The position numbers were made by a program, and so were the translations under genes. A stretch of 49,258 bases of DNA, counting the filler, from Sphacelaria rigidula (Eukaryota), in NCBI GenBank assembly GCA_964200075.2. It is 3 parts of 3 records of this genome, joined end to end, with 100 filler letters (N's around TTAATTAATTAA, not from the genome) between each part and the next. Parts side by side here need not be neighbours in the genome. Positions count along the whole stretch, not along the records: positions 1 to 16,355 come from CAXNAA020001387.1; positions 16,456 to 32,808 come from CAXNAA020001388.1; 1 more part is not named here. The stretch is one strand, 5' to 3'. Below the pieces are notes generated by a model. It was given only the letters and a program-made list of their open reading frames with translations, ran no database searches and was not told where the DNA came from. Shown here one piece after another: positions 12,801-21,691 of this stretch (positions are counted from its first letter, which is position 1; every line of letters begins with the position of its first letter).

Positions 12801-15328
12801 ACACCTACTGTCTGTGGGCGAATCTCGACAGTTGGATAGTGTCTTCACAGCGCAGTGCAGTTCGGCACAGCAGGAAATGCAGCGCCAGTTTCAAGCACTG
12901 TTGCATCTGTTCAGGGGAACAGTTGCCCGTCAAAAACATCAAAGACGCTTTTGCCCAGCTCGCTACGTCGTATAGATATACTTCGAAAGGGTGTGTGAAC
13001 TCATGTGGCATTTCGGAATGCTGCGGGATGCACCATCTGATCCACTTATTTGGGGTGTCGTTTCTACCAGCGTTACTCTCGGATGTGCATACGACCGGTC
13101 AGTAGACTACGTGTTGCAGCATTTTTCTCCTGTACCGCACAGTACTGCCGCAATCTTCGGTATCTACAGAGCGATACAGTGATATCCTCGTCCTGCTGAC
13201 GTCCACAACACGTCCGTTTTTCATCTGCCTTTCCGCGAAGCAGTGCACACCTAGAGAAAATAGCCATTTTTCTCTGGACTTGACCATTCTTGGACAAAAA
13301 TTCTTCTTTGGCCAAAATAACAACTGCGGCTACCGGGAAAACAGGAAGATGTCCTGGAACCGCCTCAACTAGGAGAGCAAGTCATTCCAACTCCGCCTAG
13401 CTCTCTTTTAGGGGATAAGACAACGTAAAACTTCCAAAAATGCATTTCTCCATATTTTCATCATTGTCTGTTATAAGGAGCAGCCTAAAAACGACGTGGA
13501 GCTTTGTGGATTAGTGTTTTTAGACCGATGAGCATGAACCAGCCTGTATCGTCCATGGTGGAGGTGCTGCAGTTTGCGAGGGACAGCGGTGTGTATTGGT
13601 TGCTGTGTAAATATGTTCGTGATAGACTTGCTTCAAAGGTTATGCCAACATCCCCAAGGTAGAGAAATCTGAGTTTGGAGGGCGCGGCAACTGGAAAGAC
13701 GGCAAACTCAACGTTTTGCTCCGAAAAAGGCGTGGGTGTGCGGGTTTGTCGGGGGATATGTCGTACTCGCAAAGGGAACGAGATACGAACCACCTTGACT
13801 GGGAGAGGGATAAGGATACTCCCCTCGACTTCAACAGGTATACTATACTGTGTTAAAAAACAACACCTCCCTCTCCTTGTAAACACGTGTACATGCGCTA
13901 GAATAGGCACAAGGTTTGGATGAAAGGCGCGGATGGAAATGCCATATATCGGACAGCAACCCACTGTGGTGGCAAGTCGGTGAAATAACAAACGAATGAA
14001 GACGAGTTCACCCTTGTGGCGCACAGAGATAGATTGCGATGTTCACTCATCAAGTAAACACAAACAAGGTCAACAGTCGGCGCAATATAGGTGATCAGAA
14101 CACTACTTGGATGACGATATAAAAGTTCAGAATTCCAATTGACGCTGGCGCTGGTGCCATAGTACAGCTTCAACGTAAGAGGCGTGCTTGTCACTAGGGA
14201 GGGATTGATCCACTTCTGTACTTAGCAGGAGTGTCCGCGAGGGGGCGGGACGCTATTTTCTAGGACTGTGTATCGTGGCGATACATGTACGACGTATCGG
14301 TCGATACGGCATAGCGTATCTATCGTCTCTCGACGTGGGCGATATATCGCGATATCTTAACGCAACATGTGTCGTCGTCGATATGTGCAGGCAGACGGCA
14401 ATTCATAAGGGGTGTGAGTATCTTGTTGAGTGTAGTTTTAAGTAGGCAGGAGTGACCATACCCTATCGTATACAACACAGTAAAATACCACAATAAATTT
14501 TGAGAACATGAACGGCAGTGACCATACTCCATCGCTTACCTGAACGAGCGCGGGGGGAGGGCTGTGAGTTCAGTAAACCTTGAGCGTTTCTATCGGGGTT
14601 GGTCTTGCGTACTGTATGAGCAAAAGTGCTTCTCGACGTGGGGGGTATCAAATAAGCCATGTTACAGTGCTTCAAATCTGTGCAACGGATTTTGTACCTG
14701 GATTCCCGAGAACCAAGAGAGGTCCTCCCTCGAAACATGTTGGAAGTCTGAAATGTATCGCATTAATCGGACGACATAGCGTTTACGAACATCAACGATC
14801 TATCGAACCATATCCACCGCCTCTCGAGAGTTGAGTGCATCTGTCGTACTCGTGTCGTCAGATGCTCACTATACATGACCGCCTACTATTTTCAAATTCA
14901 AAATCGGGCTGCAACGCTGCAGCCCCCCTAATGAGTTTACCGCGCTAGACGCTGAACGCAGCTGGGTTGGGTACAAAGTTCTCCTAGACCATTCCACTGG
15001 TAGACTCACTTGACCAAGGGAATGACCCCTGGAAGCTCTTGCTTTCCAGTACCCTTCGACGAGAAAAGCTCCAGCCTGCCTGCTACGCATACCACGCGTT
15101 TCAGGACGGGCGGTTCGGGGGAAGCAGACAGGTGTTGGAGTCGTTTCGAAAAACACAGTATGTACTACCTGTATTAAACGCTCCGGTGCTTATACCGTAC
15201 GCCCAGATGACATGCACGCAGCTCGCAATGCCAGACCCTTTCAAAATCTTGCACGGTAATGGTCGACATCCTGTGGACGACTCACCAGATTCGATGGTCT
15301 GGCCTGGCATAACCTCGTGTTCCTTCAT
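299..15328 (-). CDS. FHA- and RING-domain protein (RNF8/CHFR/Dma1-like E3 ubiquitin ligase) with C-terminal CCHC zinc knuckle and acidic tail; 7 exons, ~506 aa
   Basis: Exons 15328-15286, 15079-15010, 12572-12428, 3215-3079, 2814-2314, 1438-1348, 832-299. All introns are GT-AG with consistent phases; total 1521 nt ending in TGA. The spliced protein has an FHA domain (TVLGRS...ISRKHAEI...IRDLNSTNGIFVN...LKPGDIVQFGG), a C3HC4 RING (CGLC...CSHCFCRLC...CPVC) and CEGCNEEGHAVGEC. Confidence 0.9.
1348..1438 (-). CDS. FHA-RING gene exon 6 (end of RING, CPVC)
   Basis: gtcag acceptor; CPVCMRK...SLDLLITSFIQK; donor AAG|GTGAGT. Confidence 0.88.
1745..1963 (-). repeat. Retroposon 3' end, family A
   Basis: About 200 bp homologous to 28505-28723, with shorter copies at 10965-11025 and 12075-12155 (core CGATCTCTCGAACCCGTGGTCACAGACGTAGGCTCGTC). 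All copies end on the same side in an AATAA/(TAA)n-like tail. Confidence 0.7.
2314..2814 (-). CDS. FHA-RING gene exon 5 (PA-repeat linker and most of the RING)
   Basis: gccag acceptor; YRFERE...CGLCSEVLLDAAVLPCSHCFCRLCW; donor AC|GTGAGT. Confidence 0.9.
3079..3215 (-). CDS. FHA-RING gene exon 4 (FHA NG motif)
   Basis: cgcag acceptor; NSTNGIFVNNVREIKKQLKPGDIVQFGG; donor AG|GTGCGA. Confidence 0.9.
4730..7754 (+). mobile_element. Putative extent of the Academ-like DNA transposon relic
   Basis: Contains the nuclease relic. A possible right end ...GGCTTGGGCTA (7754) follows a 28-bp tandem duplication (7568-7623). The left end at TAG 4730 is only weakly similar, so the boundaries are tentative. 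Confidence 0.35.
5700..6730 (+). pseudogene. Decayed transposon ORF with an XPG/FEN(PIN)-like nuclease domain and C-terminal Cys-rich (CXC-like) domain; Academ(X)-like
   Basis: Collinear fragments broken by frameshifts and a stop: SVLVTSIDTDQWLVVL, FVMIFLMAGCDFLPSVFG, MPSRRCLDL...HVKKVDDVLEYW, CNCESEKAARRHRSRSCKCLENCTLSCGCNGRC. Intronless and antisense within the host intron. Confidence 0.6.
9665..9917. mobile_element. Foldback MITE-like module with GGC termini
   Basis: GGCCCATTCTCCACTCAATATTCGGAGTTGGCC pairs with GGCCAACTCCAAATATTGAAGGGAAAATGTGCC; inner arms GAAAAAGATTTATCGAC / GTCGATAAATCTTTTTC. Confidence 0.7.
10084..10779. mobile_element. Foldback MITE (family B, PIF/Harbinger-like) plus tandem partial second copy
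   Basis: 10084-10484 is almost wholly palindromic (GAGCACCTTGCCGTAGGTCACAGTTCCGTTT / AAACGGAACTGTGACCTACGGCAAGGTGCTC). 10485-10779 repeats the right part. Shares CCTTGGAATGACTTGCTC with 27933-28400. Confidence 0.8.
10965..11025 (+). repeat. Retroposon 3' end, family A, strongly 5'-truncated, (TAA)n tail
   Basis: TCTGTGACCACGGGTTCGAGAGATCGAGCTAATGTG...ATAATAATAATGATAAT. Confidence 0.65.
12075..12155 (-). repeat. Retroposon 3' end, family A
   Basis: 31 nt identical, in reverse complement, to 10965-10995. Confidence 0.65.
12428..12572 (-). CDS. FHA-RING gene exon 3 (FHA core with GR and SxxH motifs)
   Basis: ttggcag acceptor; EKTVLGRSRK...ISRKHAEIVR...YTIRDL; donor CTG|GTGAGC. Confidence 0.9.
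13250..13485. mobile_element. Right half of a family B MITE
   Basis: Homologous to one arm of 27933-28400; ends TAAGGAGCAGCC followed by TAA. Confidence 0.75.
15010..15079 (-). CDS. FHA-RING gene exon 2 (RLELFSSKGTGKQELPGVIPLV)
   Basis: CAG acceptor; donor AA|GTGAGT; joins to give IPLVNEKTVLGRS, a typical FHA N-terminus. Confidence 0.8.
15286..15328 (-). CDS. FHA-RING gene exon 1 (MKEHEVMPGQTIES)
   Basis: ATG at 15328; donor G|GTGAGT; phase 1 matches the next exon. Confidence 0.65.
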
Positions 15329-16355
15329 ACGGCGACGCCTGGTGCCCAACGGCAGCACTGGAGCAAAAGTTCACAGCCCGCTACGAACTGTATTCTGCTC
15401 GTAGCTGTACCGATACTCTAGTCATTTTAGAAACTCAACCCACACTTCCGACCGGCGTTTGAAACCGGCAAAAGTCTACCGTTCTGTACACGAGGTGAAG
15501 CAACAGGAGTGTTGGTGGCTTACCGTGGGCCATGGTCGCAGCAGTAGTGAGTGCAAATTACCCGCCTGATGCTCTGATACGAGCACTTCTGGTATACATT
15601 GTTTTGACCTTCACATCGAGACGGGAAGACAATTCTGATCCGCGGTCACTTAGTTGTCCACAACCCGAACCCACAGCAGCACCATGCTAGCATCTTGTGT
15701 CAGTTGACACGTGCTTTTGCGAGAGATGAGTACACAGCAAGCGTTACGTCGTACGTTGGGTGTGTCCTTCCTCTGTGATAAAATGAATGGATGGTGGATG
15801 GTAACGTTGGTCATATCTTATCGAGCACACCAGTACGGTCATATATAATAGGTGATAATATTTGCAGTTCTTAATAGTTGTAGACGCGTTTTTTTCGTGC
15901 GGTGGTGAGTTTAGGAACATCTTCCGGGAGTCCCAGCGTGAAGACCCCCGGCAGCCCGTACAGATCGCCTCAAACTTGAAAAAAAAAAAAAAATCGTCCC
16001 AAGGTAGTCCAAGGAACGTTTGTACAACGTTTGGTTGAGTAACTCGAAACGCAGACCCCAACCCCCAACCGGTCGATTTAAGATCAAGTACACAAGGATA
16101 TCGTCGGTAGCATACTATAATCAATACATTAGGGGATTCCGCGTACATTCGTATACTTCAATGCGCATACAGGCGATCACCCACGCTGTTTTGTCGACTT
16201 AAACCAGGGGTCTTCTGGGAGAAGATTTTTGGGCACGTAGGTCCCAAGATCGAAAATTTGCTTTTTTAAGGGGGGGACGCGGGGGGGGGGGTGCACTCAT
16301 GATCATGCATGTCATAGTCATGCATGAGAGACATAGTAAGGCCATTGACACCGCA

Positions 16356-16455
16356 NNNNNNNNNNNNNNNNNNNNNNNNNNNNNNNNNNNNNNNNNNNNT
16401 TAATTAATTAANNNNNNNNNNNNNNNNNNNNNNNNNNNNNNNNNNNNNNNNNNNN
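16356..16455. other. Artificial contig spacer N44-TTAATTAATTAA-N44
   Basis: 100-nt spacer with a six-frame stop linker. Confidence 0.98.
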
Positions 16456-17008
16456 GGTTCGTTGTTACACGACGTGAGATGTAGGAAGAATACAAGGTCC
16501 GCAGCTGCACCATCGGGGATGCTCAGAGGAGAGCTTTTGTGTGGTGTGTTGGTGGCGGGAGCGTGACAGGCGCTCTCTTTTTGCCTTTTTTCGTTTTCGT
16601 TTTTCCCTTCTTTCGTGCCCTGGAACGTATACTCTGTACGTAAATTATTACATACTTTGAGTATACCGTACTTGGATTATCTCCTGGTTATTTGTTGTGC
16701 ACCAGGTGTATGTAGTACATTACAATATCCCGTGTGCGAGTCAGCACTGTACTGTGCCGTGCCGCCGTGTTGTATCGTGTTTGTTTGTTTGTTTGTGTGT
16801 TTGCTTTGTCCGAATGAATGTCTGGGCTGGGGGGTGAAGGCGCTTGTCTGTTGGCGTGAGAAAGAGTTCGCGACGTTCAACTTGTGCAATATACACACGG
16901 TACAAGCTGGGCCAGCCTAGAAACGGATCAAGTATTTCATCGACACAGACGAGTTGGGCCGTAATCCGCATATTTTATTAATCGTCTAATCAATGGGAAG
17001 GTGCTCAT

Positions 17009-17301
17009 AACACTGTTTTCGTGAGAGGATACGATTGAGAGTGAAAAGCAGTCAATTAGTGACTGAAGCGTTTCAGTTCCGAAATGCACCTCCGTGAGGC
17101 CCAATATGCTTTATTTAGTAGCTCGCCACTTCGGCCCTTGATATCCCTGAGTACGATATCGACGTGTAGCTGTAAGCACACGCTAGTGATGGAGACAAAG
17201 AGAAGCACACACGGAATGAAAAAATTGTCAAGTTTATGAAGCGAATGATCAAAAGCCACTCTCAATCAGCATTCTACTCTCAATCTCACGAAAACGTTGT
17301 T
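17009..17301. mobile_element. 293-bp MITE with 4-bp TSD (TCAT)
   Basis: AACACTGTTTTCGTGAGA...TCTCACGAAAACGTTGTT with TCAT on both flanks. The empty site GGTGCCCATCTGCTC is visible in the family C copies near 11860 and 32640. Confidence 0.8.
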
Positions 17302-17507
17302 TCATGTGCTCCAAAGTCTGGACCAATATTTCTCGTTGATTATATACCGCATGTCTAGTAATTCCTATACCTAACGGAGATAGAGCCCATGCTAAAATTT
17401 CGGTGAAACCCCGATCGATGCACTCAGCGGATGGCGATTTTTGTTGTGGACATCCCCTGGAGCACGGGGAGACGATAGATACCCTTACCTTAACCTAATT
17501 CGTCATA

Positions 17508-17818
17508 TTTCCTTTTTTTTCCCTCACACTTTGAACCCCTCCCTATCCTCGGAATGAATACGTGGTCACAAGGGATCAACCCATCGCTCTCCCGGTACGC
17601 GCCTTTCACTTCGGTCTCGAGAATTGGGTCAGCACTCCCGCACCGTGTCAATTCACGTCACACAAACCCCGTCGAGTACTTTGTTTACTCACGTTCTCAC
17701 GCTTCCCACGGTGGAAATCATACATTACGAAGAAATAACCCAACGCATCCGGAATCGAACCCCCGTTCTCTCCACCCTAATGGCGACAGTCGGACCATCA
17801 CACCACCGGGGCGCAGCG
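17508..17818 (-). mobile_element. tRNA-derived SINE
   Basis: The minus strand starts GCGCCCCGGTGGTGTGATGG (A box) ... GGTTCGATTCC (B box) and ends in an A-rich tail. It is absent from the other family C copy. Confidence 0.75.
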
Positions 17819-18130
17819 ATGCTAGACAACTAGCTCGAGATATGGCGGCGCACATAAGGTTCCATACTGAAATCAATATACTACAAGCAGAGACACTAGA
17901 TGGACTAAATTCGGATATCGCGTCTCAGGTTTTGAGTACCATGCTATGAAATTTCGTGTGGAAAATCGCTAGTGCACGAAAAAAAGCTTCTCCTTTTTTC
18001 GTTATTTCATTCATTTTTTTCGGGCCTTAGCGAGGTCCCACACAAATTTTCATTACACAAACACGAAACGTGGGCCGGTAAGTGACCTGCACAGTACTGT
18101 CCCTAGTTTCTACCGACCCCGATACAAAAT

Positions 18131-18660
18131 GATCCATTCGCCGGCCAATATTCAAAGTTGAACACCCAAAGTGGTACGGGACTGCTGCCGAGATAGCCTC
18201 CCCTCCCCCCCGAACCGGCCAAAAAAGTGCATGGAGATGATCATAAATGCCGTTAGACCTGGTTTCGCGCTGCGCGACGCGACTCATTTGTGCGTTATAG
18301 CTGACTGCGAACTGCTACACGCCTCTCATGTGGGCGAAATTGCTGCAAACGAGCCCAATAGTGGGATCGCAGCCGGTTTGCAGGGCGGTCTCCGGTGCAC
18401 TTTTTGTGGAGGGGCTATCTCGCATTAGGCCACGGACAACGACTAGGAGTAGGGCACAATGAAAAAAAAACGCATGTTCTCTGATATTTTTTTTCTCATG
18501 AGTTGAGGGCAATCGCCAATTTTCAGGTATCAGTGAAATTCCCTCAACTCATAAAGAAGAAAAAAATGGGAACGTGTTTATTTTTTTCAACATTTTGCCG
18601 TCTTCACTGTTTATACCAAATTGCTGAGTCAAACCCCAAATATTGGCCGACGAATAGGTC
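18131..18660. mobile_element. TIR module nested in family C, containing a further ~147-bp foldback (18453-18599)
   Basis: GATCCATTCGCCGGCCAATATT pairs with AATATTGGCCGACGAATAGGTC; inner ATGAGTTGAGGG / CCCTCAACTCAT. Confidence 0.6.
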
Positions 18661-19283
18661 TGCAAACTACAAACCGCCTCCAGGCTGGCCCATCTCGTAT
18701 TTCACGGGTGGATGTCTCTTATGTCTCCACGTGTCGAGGGGGCGGGGGGGCGGCGAAGAGAAGAGGTAACACCCGCTTGTGCGGTAATGGAAAGCTCAAC
18801 TGTGGCACGGCGCGTTGAAGTACTGTTGTGGACCTTGTTCTCAGCAGCGAGGAGGAGGAAGAGGGGGATAAGTGGGGGGGGGGTTGCGTCCTTTTCTCGT
18901 TGGATTCCTCGCGACTATGAAATCATGGCGTTTCTCGCTTTTGGTCGTTGATGATGGTGATGTTGTTGCATGTTATCTTTGCTGCGTATCTTTGCCGGTG
19001 ATCCTCATGCTTATGCCGATGATGATGCGTGTCGTCGACGAGCTTGAATACTTCTAGTACTACTACTTGTACCAATACGGAGGAGGAGGGATGTATCGAA
19101 GTAGCAGTGTCGTTTTTTCAGACGGCTGTATCATCTTTCATGCTTTGGTACAAAAGGGCATCCCGACTAGTACGTGCGTAAGTGTATTCCGTTTCCTCTG
19201 GCAACCAAGCGCTCGTCATCCATGATAACCCGTGATTCAGATGTTCTTGTTGCAGCGTTGTTGTTCCTGCTGTCGCTGTTTCA

Positions 19284-19657
19284 TGGTTGTTTGTTTTCTT
19301 GTGTGTTGTCGTCCCATTTCTTCTGGGCGCCAGTCTGCACCTTTCGGCATATGTGGGCGCACCAGCCGGGGTCACACAGGAGGAAGGGCAACACAGGAGT
19401 TTTTTCTTTTTTGTTTGTTTTTAGTACCCCATCTTCCTTCTGCGGTGCTTGCCTTTATTCTTTATCGTGAGAGGGGCTCAGCAGTTCCTTTCCCTCGTCG
19501 ACCGTTAAGTCGAATTTTGTGTACCCACACGACGTAGTCGCTCTCCACTGTTGGGCATGGTGTGAGAACAAATCCTAGATCTCTCCGGGAATTGAACCCC
19601 TCTACTCAACCGTCAGAAAGTTACGAGGTTACCAAGTGAGCCATCGGGGCGACCGGT
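19284..19657 (-). mobile_element. tRNA-derived SINE
   Basis: Minus strand GCCCCGATGGCTCACTTGG (A box), GGTTCAATTCC (B box); body homologous to 27243-27720; CAA-rich tail. Confidence 0.8.
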
Positions 19658-20137
19658 CCTGTATGTCTCTTACAATGTCCACGGAAGAGACAGAAATGGG
19701 AGTTATCGGCGTTCTAAAGTACCACGTTGTACGGCAGCTTCTCCTGTGGATGTAGGCATGGAGCTTGTCGGGTGACGCTTCGACCAATACCGTATGTCGA
19801 TGAACATACCACCCACCTACTATGGTGTGTACTGGCTAGTGATTGGTGGAAGTCGTGCAGAAGGACAAAGTGGCACGCAGTTCTCTGACTGGTCGACACT
19901 CTGGGCTGGTCTCCAGATCAAGTGTGGTGAGTGGGCTTTTTCCTACCATGGGTGATGTCATTTTCACAAATATCTTGAGAGGAGGAAACTCGCTGAGGAA
20001 AAATCTCGTAATATTATTGGTCGGCTGGGATTGAGGCGTTACGATATAAATGGAGATGATATGACGCTAAATATATGGACGGAAGATTCACCGTGGCACA
20101 CGAGAGGGGTCACTGCCGACGAATGTGTTGTGAAACA

Positions 20138-20203
20138 TGTTGAGTAACCGATTGACTGCTGAGCTAAATCAGATTAGCTCAGCAGTCAATCGGTTACTCA
20201 ACA
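20138..20203. repeat. Perfect 30-bp inverted repeat with 6-nt loop (miRNA-like hairpin or mini-MITE)
   Basis: TGTTGAGTAACCGATTGACTGCTGAGCTAA-atcaga-TTAGCTCAGCAGTCAATCGGTTACTCAACA. Confidence 0.9.
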
Positions 20204-21499
20204 AAACACAATGCTACCCGTAGTATTCGATATACGCGTGTAATAAAATGGGCTATTTCCCCTCCCCCCAAATACTCCGGCTTCTTCGGAAACAATCAAA
20301 CTTCCTCCCCTGAAACCGACTCTTTGGAGAGATTTCTCAACAGGGCCACCAGGCGATATATCATCATCATTATGATAAAACGAAAACTACTCCGAAACTC
20401 GAGCGTCGACTATTCTCCTCCTTGATTAGTCGGAAGAAAACCCCAAACTTTCCGAAGAAGTCGGAAAAGTCTGTGAAAAAAACGAGTGTCGTTAGTCATA
20501 CCCGTAAGATCTTCAGAAACTGAGCAGTCAAGGGTGAGAACGCATTCGTTCGTGATATTGAAAACACAAGAGGACTTCCGTCCCCAAAGAGATCGCCGAT
20601 GCGGTAATGCTAGTGCCCTTCGTTCCTCATGGATATCCCAGCTTATGCCCCGACTGAACTGAACATAGTGATTCCAAGCCTGACCTTCACCCTGAAACTG
20701 AACTCGTTGACCTTGGTGAGTGGTGTCACGGTAATAGGGTGCACATGATGAAGACATTTCTCAGGTTTAAAATGTTAGAAGCCCGTCATATCATCCAAGA
20801 AACGACTTGGTGGGATATGTGACTACAGTAAGGGATAACTCCAATGAATGTCGAGAGGGGAATGTCCTGACCCGTATTCTTGCGTCGCGTTCAACATTAG
20901 AAGCCCCTCATTGAGCGACATCTGGGCCCACACGTCCCACCACCACCCCTACCGTGGCATGACTCTGGTGTGCGTCGGCTGCAGACCGCCCGCAGAAGGG
21001 CAAGATATCTTCTAGACACAACTCAACTAGAAGGATCTAGGCACACACAGCAGAGTACAAGATTAACACTACAGTGAATAACTCTATCTCCACGACGGAG
21101 ACCCATCTCCCGCGGGGAAAACGAGTCAAGTCGCTGCTGCTTTCAGGGCACAGCCGTCATATTTTCACACACACTAGGCCCTGGATAACAAAACAAGAGG
21201 CTTTAGCGCGGCCGATAAGGAGTCGACCAGATGGCACGCAACATGCCGGTAGAGGCGCCTGCATCCCCCCTTTGCCCCTTTGCCCCCTTCGGCCGGAAAC
21301 ACGTCGTGCTGCAACATGGAACGAGCAGCCAAAACGCCTCATGCCAGACTAGACTGCATCTACAAACTACGTTGCTGAGGCAGTATACAAAAAAAAAAAA
21401 CAGCGTGTTGGACACAGCGGGGAAAACAATAGATGGGAGGGAACGCAAATCCAAGAAGAAAAAAACGGGCCGTGACACATCAAACTGGCCACATCGACT

Positions 21500-21691
21500 T
21501 CAAAGATCCGGACTCGTCAGCTTGTAAACGAGTCCCCCCGTCTCGTCCTTGACTTCCAGCCCCCCGTCGTCTGAGGCTGAAGCCTCGTACCCCTCGCATC
21601 GTCGTCGCATGAAGCACCGGATCTTGTTGACGATCCTGTGCTTGCTCGGGCCAGCCTTCCTCAGGACGCTGTCCCCGTCAATCTTAACTTC
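21500..21691 (-). CDS. Secreted protein exon 5 (terminal)
   Basis: ccacag acceptor; EVKIDGDSVLRK...ASDDGGLEVKDETGGLVYKLTSPDL*. Confidence 0.8.
   Translation of the reverse strand, partial: EVKIDGDSVLRKAGPSKHRIVNKIRCFMRRRCEGYEASASDDGGLEVKDETGGLVYKLTSPDL

Larger units (their letters stand above)
16903..18697 (+). mobile_element. Non-autonomous Tc1/mariner-type element (family C) with nested insertions
   Basis: TA|CAAGCTGGGCCAGCCT ... AGGCTGGCCCATCTCG|TA (TIR 14/16); backbone homologous to 9627-11978. Confidence 0.8.

Noticed and set aside
12809..12906. Possible extra exon of the FHA gene (MQQCLKLALHFLL...)
   Set aside because: Exon 15079-15010 already supplies the FHA start in the right phase; inserting this block adds an in-frame stop.
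17740..17818. tRNA genes here, at 19575-19657 and at 27243-27300
   Set aside because: A and B boxes are present, but there is no full cloverleaf and each continues into a repeat body, so they are SINE heads.
20770..20910. Solo LTR suggested by repeated TTAGAAGCCC
   Set aside because: No TSD, primer-binding site, polypurine tract or second copy.
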